The notes: generated from the letters alone by a model not told the origin. Positions 38,797-48,697 are shown, counted from the first letter of the stretch. The stretch: 64,000 nucleotides of DNA from an uncultured Actinomycetota bacterium (GCA_963758615.1 CAVWVZ010000011.1:302369-366368), one strand, 5' to 3'. A program made the numbers and translations.

Positions 38797-40392
38797 TCAG
38801 CGCGGCCCGTGTGACACGGTCTGCCCGGCGGCCGGGTACGTTCCGCCGAGCTGCTCGCCCACCGTCGCGAGCGTGAAGCCGCGATCGCGGAGGCCGTCGA
38901 TGACGCCGGGCACGGCGGCGACGGTCGCGGAGTGCGTGTCGTGCATGAGCACGATGCTGCCGCGCGACGACTGCCCGACCGCCCGCTCGGCGACCGCGTC
39001 GCTGCCGGGCTCGGTCCAGTCGAGCGTGTCGACGTCCCACACCACGATCGGCAGGCCGACGACCCCTCGAACACGTTTGTCGACGTCACCGTAGGGCGGG
39101 CGCAGCGACCCGGCCGTCACCCCGGTCGCGGCGGAGATCGCGGCCTGCGTGCGCTGCACCTGCGAACGCACCTCGGGGTCGGGCAGCTTGGTGAGCTGCG
39201 GATGGTTCCAGGTGTGGTTGCCGAGCTCGTGGCCCTCGGCGACGAGCCGGTTCGCCACCTCGGGGCGACGCTCGACATTCACGCCCTGCAGGAAGAACGT
39301 CGCCGGTGCGCGCCAGTCGTGCAGGGTGTCGATGAGTCCGCCGGTGAGCGAGGTCGGACCGTCGTCGAACGTGATCGACGCGCAGGCGACGAGGGTGCAG
39401 TCGATCGGGTCGGCGGCGGCCGGCGCATCCGCGACCTGGAACGGCTCACCCCCGGCGACAACGCCGTGCACGGCCGTGCCGAACGGGCTGAGGAACGGCG
39501 CGAGCAGCCGCGCCGGCACGAGCACCGACACGAGGCGCCGCCCGAGACCGTCGGGACTCGGCTCGAGCGGCACCTGCACGACGAGGTCGTCGGCCATGAC
39601 GACCGTGTCGGCGAGCATCGTGCGAACCGCCTCGGGCGCGAGCGCCGCGAACGGGTCGGACGGCGTGGGCGCGAACCCGCCGGCACGAAGCCCCTCGGCG
39701 AGCAGTGCGAGCACGCGCTGCTCGGTGCCCGGTCGATACAGGGCCGAACCGTCGCCGATCTCGCCGGTCGCGACATCCGCGTACCAGACGGCGCGTTCGA
39801 GCGGAGCGGCCGACGCCCCATCGCGACGCAGCACGATGAGCCGCTCCCCGACGACAGAACCTGCCGCCGCGACGATCTGGCAGTCGACGGTGAGGCTCAC
39901 GCCGGCCGGCGGGGTGAGCGGATGCTGCGCGCACGCCGGTCCCACGCCGCCGGGCGCGATGTCGACGCCGGGTGACCAGGGAACGCCCTGCTCGGCGGCC
40001 ACGCCGCGTGCGAGTTCGGAGAACCGCGCGTCGAGCGCATCGCCGAAGGCGGTCACGCCCGCCGGCGTCGCCCAGCGCACCACGACCGCGAAGTCCGGCG
40101 CGGCCATCGCCGCGAGACGGGCGACCAGGCCCGGAGCAGCCCCAGGCCCCAGGCGCGGAAGGCGGTACCCGATGTCGGCGCGCGGCTGCGCCGGTGTCGA
40201 CGCGGTCGGCGGTTCGACCTCCCCCGACGCGACCGGGCCCGACGACGCCGTGCGTTGCGCAGTGGAACCAGGGGTCTGGGTGGGGTTGTGCCCCATCGAG
40301 TCGTCGACGCCCGGCACGGTGCATCCGGCGAGCGCGAGCAGGCCGACGAGTCCGATCCCCGCCCGCCACCGGCTTCGCCGACCGCGCCTCAT
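38797..40392 (-). CDS. Lipoprotein polysaccharide (peptidoglycan N-) deacetylase, NodB/CE4 domain
   Basis: Lipobox LALAGC; TFDDGP, HELGNHTWNHP, RPPYG, WDVDTLDW, IVLMHD. Confidence 0.9.
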   Translation of the reverse strand: MRRGRRSRWRAGIGLVGLLALAGCTVPGVDDSMGHNPTQTPGSTAQRTASSGPVASGEVEPPTASTPAQPRADIGYRLPRLGPGAAPGLVARLAAMAAPDFAVVVRWATPAGVTAFGDALDARFSELARGVAAEQGVPWSPGVDIAPGGVGPACAQHPLTPPAGVSLTVDCQIVAAAGSVVGERLIVLRRDGASAAPLERAVWYADVATGEIGDGSALYRPGTEQRVLALLAEGLRAGGFAPTPSDPFAALAPEAVRTMLADTVVMADDLVVQVPLEPSPDGLGRRLVSVLVPARLLAPFLSPFGTAVHGVVAGGEPFQVADAPAAADPIDCTLVACASITFDDGPTSLTGGLIDTLHDWRAPATFFLQGVNVERRPEVANRLVAEGHELGNHTWNHPQLTKLPDPEVRSQVQRTQAAISAATGVTAGSLRPPYGDVDKRVRGVVGLPIVVWDVDTLDWTEPGSDAVAERAVGQSSRGSIVLMHDTHSATVAAVPGVIDGLRDRGFTLATVGEQLGGTYPAAGQTVSHGPR

Positions 40393-40470
40393 GCCGCCAC
40401 CTTAGGCGACGATTCCTCAGGACTCAGCCGACTCGGCCGAGTCGAGGGGATCAGCCGGCCGAGCTGAGGG

Positions 40471-41082
40471 TCACCAGGGCTCTCCGGCCTCGGGCATCAG
40501 GTTGCGAGCCTTCTCGACCGAGTCGAGGAAGCAGGTGTCGAGCACCTCGGTGGCGGCCGGCTCGATGCCGTAGTCGCCGGTGAGGCGCAGGCCCACGATG
40601 GTGTTGATGAGCATGCCGGTGGCCATGAATGCCCGAGTCTCTTCGGCCGAGAAGCCGGCGTCCTCGCGCACGAACCGCCAGATGGCGCTGAAGCCGGCGC
40701 GCGCGACCCGCCCGATCTCGGGCTCGCCGCCGAGTGCGGTGGAGTTCGCGATGACCGAGAGCATGCCGCGCTCGGTGAGCAGGCCGGTGTAGGCGGTGCC
40801 CATGCGCTCGGAGCGTCCGTCGGGATCGCCCGGAAGGGCGCGGCGGAAATCGTCGAGGAGCCGCGCGTAGGCGCGCTCGATCACGGCGATGAAGAGCTTC
40901 TCCTTCGTGCCGAAGAGGCGCACGACGTAGGGCTGGCTCACCCCGGCCGCCCGCGCGACCTCGTCGGTGGTGGTGCCGACGTAGGTCTTCGCGCCGAAGA
41001 CCGCTGTGGCCGCCTCGAGGATCAGCTCGCGGCGATCGGAGGCCTTCATGCGCGGGGCCGTGGAAACTTCTTCGACCGTCAT
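40471..41082 (-). CDS. TetR family transcriptional regulator
   Basis: RRELILEAATAVF..KTYVGTTTDEVARAAGVSQPYVVRLFGTKEKLF; leaderless ATG 41082 after TAACAT (alternative start 41091). Confidence 0.92.
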   Translation of the reverse strand: MTVEEVSTAPRMKASDRRELILEAATAVFGAKTYVGTTTDEVARAAGVSQPYVVRLFGTKEKLFIAVIERAYARLLDDFRRALPGDPDGRSERMGTAYTGLLTERGMLSVIANSTALGGEPEIGRVARAGFSAIWRFVREDAGFSAEETRAFMATGMLINTIVGLRLTGDYGIEPAATEVLDTCFLDSVEKARNLMPEAGEPW

Positions 41083-41084
41083 GC

Positions 41085-41134
41085 TTGACATGTTATCAGT
41101 CGATTACTACTCTGCAAGTAATCATCCGATAACA
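41085..41134 (+). promoter_or_regulatory. Sigma-A promoter of the MFS gene overlapped by two inverted TetR operators
   Basis: TTGACA (41085-90), N17, TACTCT (41108-13); TGTTATCAGTCGATTACT (41091-108) and AGTAATCATCCGATAACA (41117-134). Confidence 0.8.
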
Positions 41135-41148
41135 ACCTAGGAGAACTC

Positions 41149-42636
41149 GTGTCCACCACCCTCGAGACCACGGCCCAGCCGCCCGCCCGCGTCGGCGCGC
41201 GTCGCCCGAGCCCGCTCTGGCTGGTGCTCGTCGCCACCGCGCTCCCGACGTTCATGGCCACCCTCGACAACCTCGTGATGACGAATGCGCTGCCGGTGCT
41301 GCACGCCGAGTTCGGGGCATCCGTCGAAGAACTGCAGTGGTTCATGAACGCGTACACGCTCGCGTTCGCGAGCACGATCCTCATGGCGGTCGCCCTCGGC
41401 GACCGCTACGGCCGGCGAACCCTGTTCGTCATCGGCATCATCGTCTTCACGCTGAGCTCGGCGTTCGCAGCGCTCTCGACCGACTCGGGCCAGCTCATCG
41501 TCGCCCGCGCCGTGCAGGGCTTCGGCGCCGCGGCGATCATGCCGCTGTCGCTCACGCTGCTCGTCGGCGCGGTGCCGCTCGCGCGCCGCGCACTCGCCAT
41601 CGGCATCTGGGGCGGCGTCACCGGCCTCGGCGTCGCCACCGGGCCGCTCATCGGAGGCGCGGTGCTCGAGGGCTGGGTGTGGCAGGCGATCTTCTGGATC
41701 AACGTGCCCGTCGGCGTCATCTCGGTCGCGCTCGCGCTCATCGCACTGCCCAACAGCTTCGGTGCCCGGCTGCGCGCCGACATCGTCGGCCTCGTGCTCT
41801 CAGGCGTCGGGCTGCTCGGGCTGGTGTACGGCATCGTGCGCGGCAACGACGCGGGATGGGACAGCTTCGAGGTGATGGGCAGCCTCATCGCCGGGGGCAT
41901 CCTGCTCGTCGCGTTCGTGGCCTGGGAGGCGCGGGCCGCCGCACCGCTGCTTCCGCTGCGGCTCTTCCGCAACCGCAGCTTCACGGTGGCGAACCTCGCC
42001 GGCTTCGGCTTCAGCTTCGGCGCGTTCGGCTCGATCTTCATCCTCATCCAGTTCCTGCAGGTCGTGCAGGGCGCGACCCCGCTCGAGGCCGCACTGCAGA
42101 CGTCCCCGTGGACCCTGGCGCCGATGGTCGTCGCGCCGCTCGCCGGGCTCATCGCCCCGCGCGTCGGCACGCGCGCCCTCATCGTCACCGGCCTCACGGT
42201 GCTCGGCGGCGCCCTGTTCTGGCTGAGCGGCCTGCTCGACGCCGACCTCGCCTACTCCAGCTACATCGCACCGTTCCTGCTCGCAGGCATCGGCATGGGG
42301 CTCGTGTTCGCCCCGTCGGCGACGGCCGTGCTCGCGGGCATGGCCTCCGACGACCATGCGAAGGCGAGCGGCACGAACTCGATGCTGCGCGAGGTCGGCG
42401 TCGCACTCGGCATCGCCGTGTCGACCGCGGTCTTCACCGGTGCCGGCGGCGCGCTCACGCCCGTCGACTACTCGATCGGCGCCCAGCCGGCGGTGCTCGT
42501 CGGGGCTGCAGTGCTCATCGCGTCGGCGCTCGTCGCGCTGCTGCTTCCGGCAGGCCGCGGTTCCGAGCACATCGAGCCCGCGACACCCGACGTCGAGACC
42601 GCCGCCGCCGATGCCGCGCCCGCGATGGCGCGCTGA
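41149..42636 (+). CDS. DHA2 (EmrB/QacA) MFS efflux transporter
   Basis: FMATLDNLVMTNALP, LGDRYGRR, ARAVQGFGAA, WQAIFWINVPVG, PLLPLRLF; 14 TM segments. Confidence 0.92.
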   Translation: MSTTLETTAQPPARVGARRPSPLWLVLVATALPTFMATLDNLVMTNALPVLHAEFGASVEELQWFMNAYTLAFASTILMAVALGDRYGRRTLFVIGIIVFTLSSAFAALSTDSGQLIVARAVQGFGAAAIMPLSLTLLVGAVPLARRALAIGIWGGVTGLGVATGPLIGGAVLEGWVWQAIFWINVPVGVISVALALIALPNSFGARLRADIVGLVLSGVGLLGLVYGIVRGNDAGWDSFEVMGSLIAGGILLVAFVAWEARAAAPLLPLRLFRNRSFTVANLAGFGFSFGAFGSIFILIQFLQVVQGATPLEAALQTSPWTLAPMVVAPLAGLIAPRVGTRALIVTGLTVLGGALFWLSGLLDADLAYSSYIAPFLLAGIGMGLVFAPSATAVLAGMASDDHAKASGTNSMLREVGVALGIAVSTAVFTGAGGALTPVDYSIGAQPAVLVGAAVLIASALVALLLPAGRGSEHIEPATPDVETAAADAAPAMAR

Positions 42637-42639
42637 CCC

Positions 42640-43404
42640 TCACCGCATCGCGCGGTAGGCGGCGCGCTCCTCGGGCGCGAGGTGCTCGGTCGCATAACTC
42701 AACATCGTGCGCGGCATGCGTGGGGCGTACTCATCGAGGAATCCGGTGAGCACGTCCCGCGCGACGCGCTTGCCGAGCTCGCGCAGCATCCAGCCCACGG
42801 CCTTGTGCATGAGGTCCTCGCGATCGTCGAGCAGGCGGGGCGCGAGCCGCAGGATGGGCGCCCCGTCGCCGGCCCTGATGAAGGCGAACGTCGCGAGCAC
42901 CGCCACGCGCCGCTCCCAGAGCGAGTCGGATGCCGCGAGCTCGTCGAGCAGCGCGTCGTCGCCCCGCCCCGACTCCCGCAGGAACTCCCCGACGAGCGAA
43001 TCGGCCGACGCGTCGACGAGATCCCAGTTGTTCACCCGGCCCCGACGCACCGCGTCGAGGTACGCCGCGTGCAGGGCTGCGCGTGCGGCATCGTCGCGCG
43101 TGCGCGGCCGGCCGGCGACCCGGAACTGCCGCACCATGACGAGCAGGGCGGCCAGCCGGTGCTCGTGCACGGGGCTGTCGAGCAGGGCTGACGCCTCGCC
43201 CAGGGGCATCCGCTCGAATCGAGCGACGATCGCGCGCGTCGCCGGCACGCGCACGCCGACGAATACATCGCCCGCGCCGTACTGGCCCGGGCCGGTCTTG
43301 AAGAAGCGTTGCAGGAACGCGGCGTCCCCGGGATCCCCCGCGGCGTCGATCGCTGCGGCGAGTGCGGTCGCCGTCAGACCGGGCGATTCGGGTGCGACTG
43401 CCAC
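42640..43404 (-). CDS. DNA alkylation repair protein (AlkD-like)
   Basis: FFKTGPGQYG.GD.FVGVRVP, HEHRL, VNNWDLVDASA, LWERRVA, HKAVGWMLRE, MPRTMLSYATE; leaderless GTG after TAGAGT. Confidence 0.9.
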   Translation of the reverse strand: MAVAPESPGLTATALAAAIDAAGDPGDAAFLQRFFKTGPGQYGAGDVFVGVRVPATRAIVARFERMPLGEASALLDSPVHEHRLAALLVMVRQFRVAGRPRTRDDAARAALHAAYLDAVRRGRVNNWDLVDASADSLVGEFLRESGRGDDALLDELAASDSLWERRVAVLATFAFIRAGDGAPILRLAPRLLDDREDLMHKAVGWMLRELGKRVARDVLTGFLDEYAPRMPRTMLSYATEHLAPEERAAYRAMR

Positions 43405-43450
43405 GTTCCGCACTCTATCGATGCGCACCGGCGAACGGTGACGACGGCAG

Positions 43451-43493
43451 ACGAGAAGCGGGACCGGGCCATCGGCTCGATCCCGCTTCTCGT
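43451..43493 (-). terminator. 13-bp stem hairpin downstream of the lipoprotein gene
   Basis: ACGAGAAGCGGGA / TCCCGCTTCTCGT. Confidence 0.6.
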
Positions 43494-43513
43494 TGTGGGG
43501 GCTTGCAGCTGGG

Positions 43514-43975
43514 TCACCACGCCTGCGGGTGCTGGGCGCGGCGCTCTTCGTCGGCGACGCGCTTCTGAGCGTCTTCCTCGAGCTCTGCGCGGTACGCTTC
43601 GGCCTGCTTGGAGAGGCGGAGGCCCTGTGCGTCAGCTGCAGACATCCGGGTGGACGACGTCTGCTGCTTCTCCTGGCGGATCGCTTCCGCTCCAGTGACG
43701 GCTGCGCTGCCGACCTTGGTCTGGGTCGACGCCTGCTTCTCGCTCCGGATCGCCTCGTTGGCGGCCAGCTTCGATGCGTCGAGCGGAACCGCGTGCTGAC
43801 GCGCACGGACCTCGGCGGCTTCGCGGTGCTGGGTGTCGGCCTGGTTCTGCAGCGAGGTGATGCTCGACTGCCCTGAACCTGCGTCAACCTGCGACCGTAC
43901 GCCGGCGCAACCGCTGACCAGCACGATGAGTGCCACGGCGCTGAGTGCTACTGCGCCGGTCTTCTTGGTGTTCAT
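43514..43975 (-). CDS. Hypothetical lipoprotein, helical with internal repeats
   Basis: Strong RBS; MNTKK..LVSGC lipobox; repeats ANEAIRSEKQ / GAEAIRQEKQ. Confidence 0.75.
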   Translation of the reverse strand: MNTKKTGAVALSAVALIVLVSGCAGVRSQVDAGSGQSSITSLQNQADTQHREAAEVRARQHAVPLDASKLAANEAIRSEKQASTQTKVGSAAVTGAEAIRQEKQQTSSTRMSAADAQGLRLSKQAEAYRAELEEDAQKRVADEERRAQHPQAW

Positions 43976-44329
43976 GGCTCTCTCCTCTTCTGTTGGGGGT
44001 GATGGAGAACTGAACATGACTCACGTTATGGACGCAGGAATCGTGCGTCATCGGGACCTGCACCTGTATCGCCGTAGGTACTGACACCACCCCGCCACTG
44101 GTGCTGGCATGGACGGCCACCCGTGCCAGTGCTGAGCGAATCCGCTCCGAATGGCGCGGCCGGTCTTTCGGCCCAATGGCGATCTGCGGCGCGGATTCTT
44201 GCGCGCACGCAGCATTCCCGCGCCGCACCGCAAGCAATCGCACAGGGATCGCTCGTAGCCTTGAGGGGTGCGGCGAATCGCGCCGCGACCACACCCATGC
44301 AGATTTCCTCACGAGGAACGGAGGTTCAT

Positions 44330-45781
44330 ATGTCGAACACCACCATCGACGCCGTCGTCGGCGAACCCGAGGTCCTCGAGGACGAGGTCGCCGCCGCCCA
44401 GATCGCGCTTGCCGCCGGCGTCGAGACCGCCCCCGCGTGGCTCGCGCTCAAGCAGGCGGCCACCGCGCTGCAGTCGCTGCAGGTCAAGGACGGCTCGGTT
44501 CCCGAAGAGGGCGACCGGTCCGAGGCATCCGCGCTCGTCGACACCATCGTCGAGTCGGTCGTCGCACTCGCCCCGCGGTTCCCGCACGAGGCGGCGTACC
44601 TCGAGGCGCTGCAGGCCGACTTCCGCAAGTGGCAGGGCGAGGGGCTCGGCGTGCCCGACTTCCTCGACTCGCTCATGGCGTTCCAGCCGCAGCGGCACCG
44701 CGTCGACGGCATCCGCCACCTGGTCGTGTTCCCGATGTACACGCAGAACGGGTCGACCGATCGGCACGTCGAGGCGCTCGTCGTCGAGACGATCTGGCCC
44801 GAGTTCATCGCCGCGCTCGAGGCGGGCGACTACGGCAACAAGCTCTTCGTGAGCCTGCGCCTGGTCGACTTCACGCCCGGGTACGACACGAACTCGGCGG
44901 TGCTGTTCCCCGAGACGGTCGCGATGCGCGAGATCCCCACGTTCACGTGGGGTGCGATCTTCCAGGACCGCGAGGCGGCCCGGTACCGCCGGGTGGTGCG
45001 CGCGGCATCCGAGATCACGAAGCTCGAACTGCCCGACGACGCGGCGTCGCTGCTCGACGACCAGGAGCTCGCCGAGCGCACGTTCGTGATGTGGGACATC
45101 ATCCACGACCGCACGCACATGCGCGGCGACCTGCCGTTCGACCCGTTCATGATCAAGCAGCGCATGCCGTTCTTCCTCTACTCGCTCGAGGAGCTGCGGT
45201 GCGACCTCACCGCGTTCCGCGAGTCGGTGAAGATCGAGCGCGGCCTGCGTCAGCGCGTCGACGCCGGTGAATCGCTCACCGACATCGAGCAGCAGCTGCT
45301 CGAGCACGGCAAGCTCGTGCAGTACGCGGTGATCTTCGACCGCATCTTCCGGTTCGCCATCACGGGGTCGCGCGTGCGCAACTACGACGGGCTCGGCGGC
45401 CAGCTGCTGTTCGCGTGGCTGCACCAGAAGCACGTGCTCGAGTGGACCGACGTCTCGCTCAGCTTCGACTGGGCAGCAGTGCCCGACGCGGTCGTCGAAC
45501 TCGGCGACGCGATCGACGAGCTGTACTGGAAGTCGATCGACCGGCCGAAGACGGCGCACTGGCTCGCCGCGTACGAACTCGTGCGCAGCGTGCTCACGCC
45601 GAACCCGGCGTCGATGTGGGCCGAGGGCCTGCCGCGCGAGGTGCTCGCCGGCCCGCCGAAGGGCTACACCGACCTGGTGATGGACGACGAGTTCCCCCTG
45701 TCGATGTTCTTCGAGGCACTCGACAAGAAGATGAAGCCCGTCATCGAGTCGACGGTCGGCATCACTGCCGCCGACGCCTAG
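44330..45781 (+). CDS. DUF6421 family protein (possible M49-like metallo-fold)
   Basis: GGAGG RBS; HLVVFPMYTQNGS, GYDTNSAVLFPE, WDIIHDRTHMRGDLPFDPF, YSLEELRCDL, RNYDGLGGQLLF. Confidence 0.85.
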   Translation: MSNTTIDAVVGEPEVLEDEVAAAQIALAAGVETAPAWLALKQAATALQSLQVKDGSVPEEGDRSEASALVDTIVESVVALAPRFPHEAAYLEALQADFRKWQGEGLGVPDFLDSLMAFQPQRHRVDGIRHLVVFPMYTQNGSTDRHVEALVVETIWPEFIAALEAGDYGNKLFVSLRLVDFTPGYDTNSAVLFPETVAMREIPTFTWGAIFQDREAARYRRVVRAASEITKLELPDDAASLLDDQELAERTFVMWDIIHDRTHMRGDLPFDPFMIKQRMPFFLYSLEELRCDLTAFRESVKIERGLRQRVDAGESLTDIEQQLLEHGKLVQYAVIFDRIFRFAITGSRVRNYDGLGGQLLFAWLHQKHVLEWTDVSLSFDWAAVPDAVVELGDAIDELYWKSIDRPKTAHWLAAYELVRSVLTPNPASMWAEGLPREVLAGPPKGYTDLVMDDEFPLSMFFEALDKKMKPVIESTVGITAADA

Positions 45782-45790
45782 ACACCACTC

Positions 45791-45915
45791 GTCGGTCGAG
45801 TAGCGGAGCGTATCGGCACCCGTCGGTCGAGTGCGGAGCGTATCGAGACCACTCACCCTGGTCTCGATACGCTCCTTCGTCGCTACTCGACCGACGGAGG
45901 TGCGCCTACTCGATC
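45791..45915. repeat. REP-like cluster between DUF6421 and the SDR
   Basis: Two forward GGTCGAGT(A)GCGGAGCGTATCG units, then inverted GGTCTCGATACGCTCCTTCGTCGCTACTCGACC. Confidence 0.8.
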
Positions 45916-45940
45916 CACCCCGTAAGAGGAGAATGACCGA

Positions 45941-46594
45941 ATGGCTGAACTGGCAGGCAAGACCGTGCTCATCGCGGGAGCGACGAGCGCGTCCGGCCGG
46001 GCGGTCGCCCGCGCCCTGCTCTCAGCGGGCGCACGGGTGGTCGCCGTCGGCAGCGACGAGGGGCGCATTCGCGAGCTCGAGGCCGAGCTCCCCGGCATCA
46101 TCGGAGAGCAGGCCGACCTCACCGATGGCGACGACGTGCTCGAACTCGCGATGCGCGTGCACGCGCATGTCGGCGATGTCGACGGCGTCGTCCATCTCGT
46201 CGGCGGGTGGCGCGGCGGCGGCGGCATCGCGGGGCAGACCGAAGAGGACTACCGGGTCCTCGAACGCTCGTTCACGGCGCTGCGCTACGTGAGCCGCGCG
46301 TTCTGGGACGACGTGGTCGCCTCACCCGCCGGCCGCATCGCGATCGTCTCGTCGACCACGGTCGAGCGACCCACCGCGGGCGGCGCGAACTACACCGCCG
46401 TGAAGGCGGCGAGCGAGTCGTGGATGCGCTCGCTCGCCCAGGGAATCGGCAAGTCCGACTCGCCCGCTGCCGCCGTCACCTTCCGGGTGAACTCGCTCGC
46501 GGGTCTCGAAGACCGGTTCGCGACATCCGTCGTCGATCTCTGGCGAACGGATGACCCCGACCTGAACGGTTCCGTCATCGAACTGCGACCCTGA
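45941..46594 (+). CDS. Short-chain dehydrogenase/reductase
   Basis: VLIAGATSASG, HLVGGW, NYTAVKAA (YxxxK). Confidence 0.88.
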   Translation: MAELAGKTVLIAGATSASGRAVARALLSAGARVVAVGSDEGRIRELEAELPGIIGEQADLTDGDDVLELAMRVHAHVGDVDGVVHLVGGWRGGGGIAGQTEEDYRVLERSFTALRYVSRAFWDDVVASPAGRIAIVSSTTVERPTAGGANYTAVKAASESWMRSLAQGIGKSDSPAAAVTFRVNSLAGLEDRFATSVVDLWRTDDPDLNGSVIELRP

Positions 46595-46628
46595 ACAGGA
46601 CGCTCCGGTCGTCGACGTCGCCAGGCGA

Positions 46629-47330
46629 TCAGTTCGTGCCGCCGGTGAGGTGCACCGCGTAGCCCCAGCAGCCCGCCTGCTCCCAGTCGTAGTCTGCGCC
46701 GAGACCGGAATCACCGTAGAGCGCGAGATCCCAGGCCGCGTACTCGTCGGAGGTCAGTTCCGCAGGCATCGGCGGGAACCGGTTGGACTGCGCGGACTTC
46801 GGGTTCCACCACTCCCAGTAGAGGTACTCCTGACCGGCGGCGGTCATGCAGTCGCGCACGATCTGCTGGAACGCGAGCCACTCCCTGCGCTTCTCGGGCG
46901 GCGGCGGGGGCGTGGTGCCGTCGGGGTTCGGCTCGACGGAGTCGGGCCCGCCGGGTGCCGGGTGGCCGGCGGCCGGGTCGTCGGGTATGGGCGTGGGGGT
47001 GGGCACGTCGCCTGTGGGCGGCGCTGCGGACGGAGGGGTGACCGGCTCGGTCGGTTGCGTCGAGGGAGTGGGGGCCGGCTCGGTCGGCTGCGTGGCGGCC
47101 TCGGGCGGGGCCGGTTCGGCCGCGTCGACCTCGGGCGCGCCATCGGTCGACGACTCCGGCGCCTCGCCCTCGCTCACCTCGAACGCGCCCGAGGAGTTCG
47201 GCACCTCGTGCGGCAACCGGGCGTCGTAGAAGACCGGGGCTCCGGTCATCGCGGCGGCAGCCCCGGCGAAGACCGCCGCGGCGACGGCGAGCGCGACCCC
47301 ACCGGCCAGCACCAGCAACTTCTTGCGCAC
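46629..47330 (-). CDS. Hypothetical membrane-anchored/secreted protein: Pro/Thr linker plus one Cys/Trp domain
   Basis: MRKK plus hydrophobic segment, PT-rich linker, C-terminal VRDCMTAAG..WEWW..WDLALYG..AGC. Confidence 0.8.
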   Translation of the reverse strand: MRKKLLVLAGGVALAVAAAVFAGAAAAMTGAPVFYDARLPHEVPNSSGAFEVSEGEAPESSTDGAPEVDAAEPAPPEAATQPTEPAPTPSTQPTEPVTPPSAAPPTGDVPTPTPIPDDPAAGHPAPGGPDSVEPNPDGTTPPPPPEKRREWLAFQQIVRDCMTAAGQEYLYWEWWNPKSAQSNRFPPMPAELTSDEYAAWDLALYGDSGLGADYDWEQAGCWGYAVHLTGGTN

Positions 47331-47380
47331 GTCACACCCCCCGGATCGGCGTCATCGCACACCCCACGTATCCGGACATG

Positions 47381-48697
47381 CTAACCGCGATCGCCGTCGC
47401 CGGAAAGCGGAAGGTCGGCCGCCGTCTCGTCTGCCGGCGTGAGGTCGGTCGCGACATCGGCCGGGGGTTGCCGGCGCCGGCTCAGCCAAAGGAACGGGGC
47501 CGCGAGAATCTGGATGCCGCCGCTCAGGATCAGCGAGCCGGGGTACCCCCAGATATCGGCCGACCGGCCGAGCACCGGCTGGATCACAACACCTCCCGTG
47601 CTGCCGAGCAACGAGTCGAACGACAGCACCGTGGCGCGCTGCGCCGAGGGGATCATGTCGTTGAGGTAGGCCCGCTGCACGGGTCCGGCGGCCGCGTCGA
47701 CGAGGCCCCAGACGATCAGCAGTGCGAACGCCACCCAGAAGTTGCGGGTGATGCCGAGGGCGACGAGCACGAGGCTGCTCATGACGAGGCTGAGGATGAT
47801 CGTGGTCGTGCGCTTGCGGAACCGGGCGCGGACCCAGGGCGCGATCAGTCCGCCGAGGATCTGGGAACCGGACAGGATCGCCGCTGCGAGGCCGGCGATC
47901 GTGTATGCGTTCGGGTCTCCCCACAGTTCGACGAGGTACGGCTGGAGCGCGTAGAACACGTAGAAGCCGACCCCGGTCGTGAAGAACGACGCGAACATCA
48001 CGAAGCGCACGGCAGGCCGCCTGATCCCGTACTTCACCGACTCCTGCATCACCCGCTTCGTGGCCTGCAGCGGATGCGCCCGACCGGTAGGCGTGAAGCC
48101 CATGTCGTGCATCACCAGCGCGGCGACGATGAACATGAGCACGAGGATGACCGCACGCAGCACGAACGGCACCCCCAGATCGGTGAGCTGCGCGATCGCG
48201 CCGCCGGCGAGCGAGCCGATGAACATCGCCGCGCCCGACACCGCCATGCCGCGGCCGAACACCCGCTCGAGGCTGCCCGAGTACCCCGTCACGGTGAGCG
48301 CGTCGACGAGCCACGCCTCGACCGCACCCGAGAAGAACGTGAACCCGAGGCCGAGCAGCACCGACACGACCGCCCACGCCCAGAACGGCGAGTGCATCAC
48401 CCAGAGCATGTAGTAGAGCGCCGTCGTCACCGCGAGGGTGACGGTGCCGAGCAGGTACGACATGCGCCGCCCGAGCGTGTCGGCCACGACACCCGTGGGC
48501 ACCTCGAAGATGACCATGCCGAGCGAGAAGAACGCGTTCGCCGCGAACGCCTCGAGGTTCGTGAGGCCCGCGTCGAGCAGGAACAGCGTGTTCACGCCCC
48601 AGATCAGCGACGCGGCGAGCGTGTTGCCGGTGAGCAGCGTGAAGTACACGGCCTGCACCCGCCGTGCCGCGTGGTTCACCGTGGCCGGGTCGCTCAT
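47381..48697 (-). CDS. MFS transporter
   Basis: FEVPTGVVADTLGRR, FFSGAVEAWLVD, IPSAQRATVLS; 12 TM segments. Confidence 0.9.
   Translation of the reverse strand: MSDPATVNHAARRVQAVYFTLLTGNTLAASLIWGVNTLFLLDAGLTNLEAFAANAFFSLGMVIFEVPTGVVADTLGRRMSYLLGTVTLAVTTALYYMLWVMHSPFWAWAVVSVLLGLGFTFFSGAVEAWLVDALTVTGYSGSLERVFGRGMAVSGAAMFIGSLAGGAIAQLTDLGVPFVLRAVILVLMFIVAALVMHDMGFTPTGRAHPLQATKRVMQESVKYGIRRPAVRFVMFASFFTTGVGFYVFYALQPYLVELWGDPNAYTIAGLAAAILSGSQILGGLIAPWVRARFRKRTTTIILSLVMSSLVLVALGITRNFWVAFALLIVWGLVDAAAGPVQRAYLNDMIPSAQRATVLSFDSLLGSTGGVVIQPVLGRSADIWGYPGSLILSGGIQILAAPFLWLSRRRQPPADVATDLTPADETAADLPLSGDGDRG

Noticed and set aside
43976-44329. SAM-IV riboswitch upstream of DUF6421
   Set aside because: I could not find the conserved GGCAACC and GUGAAGACC-type elements.
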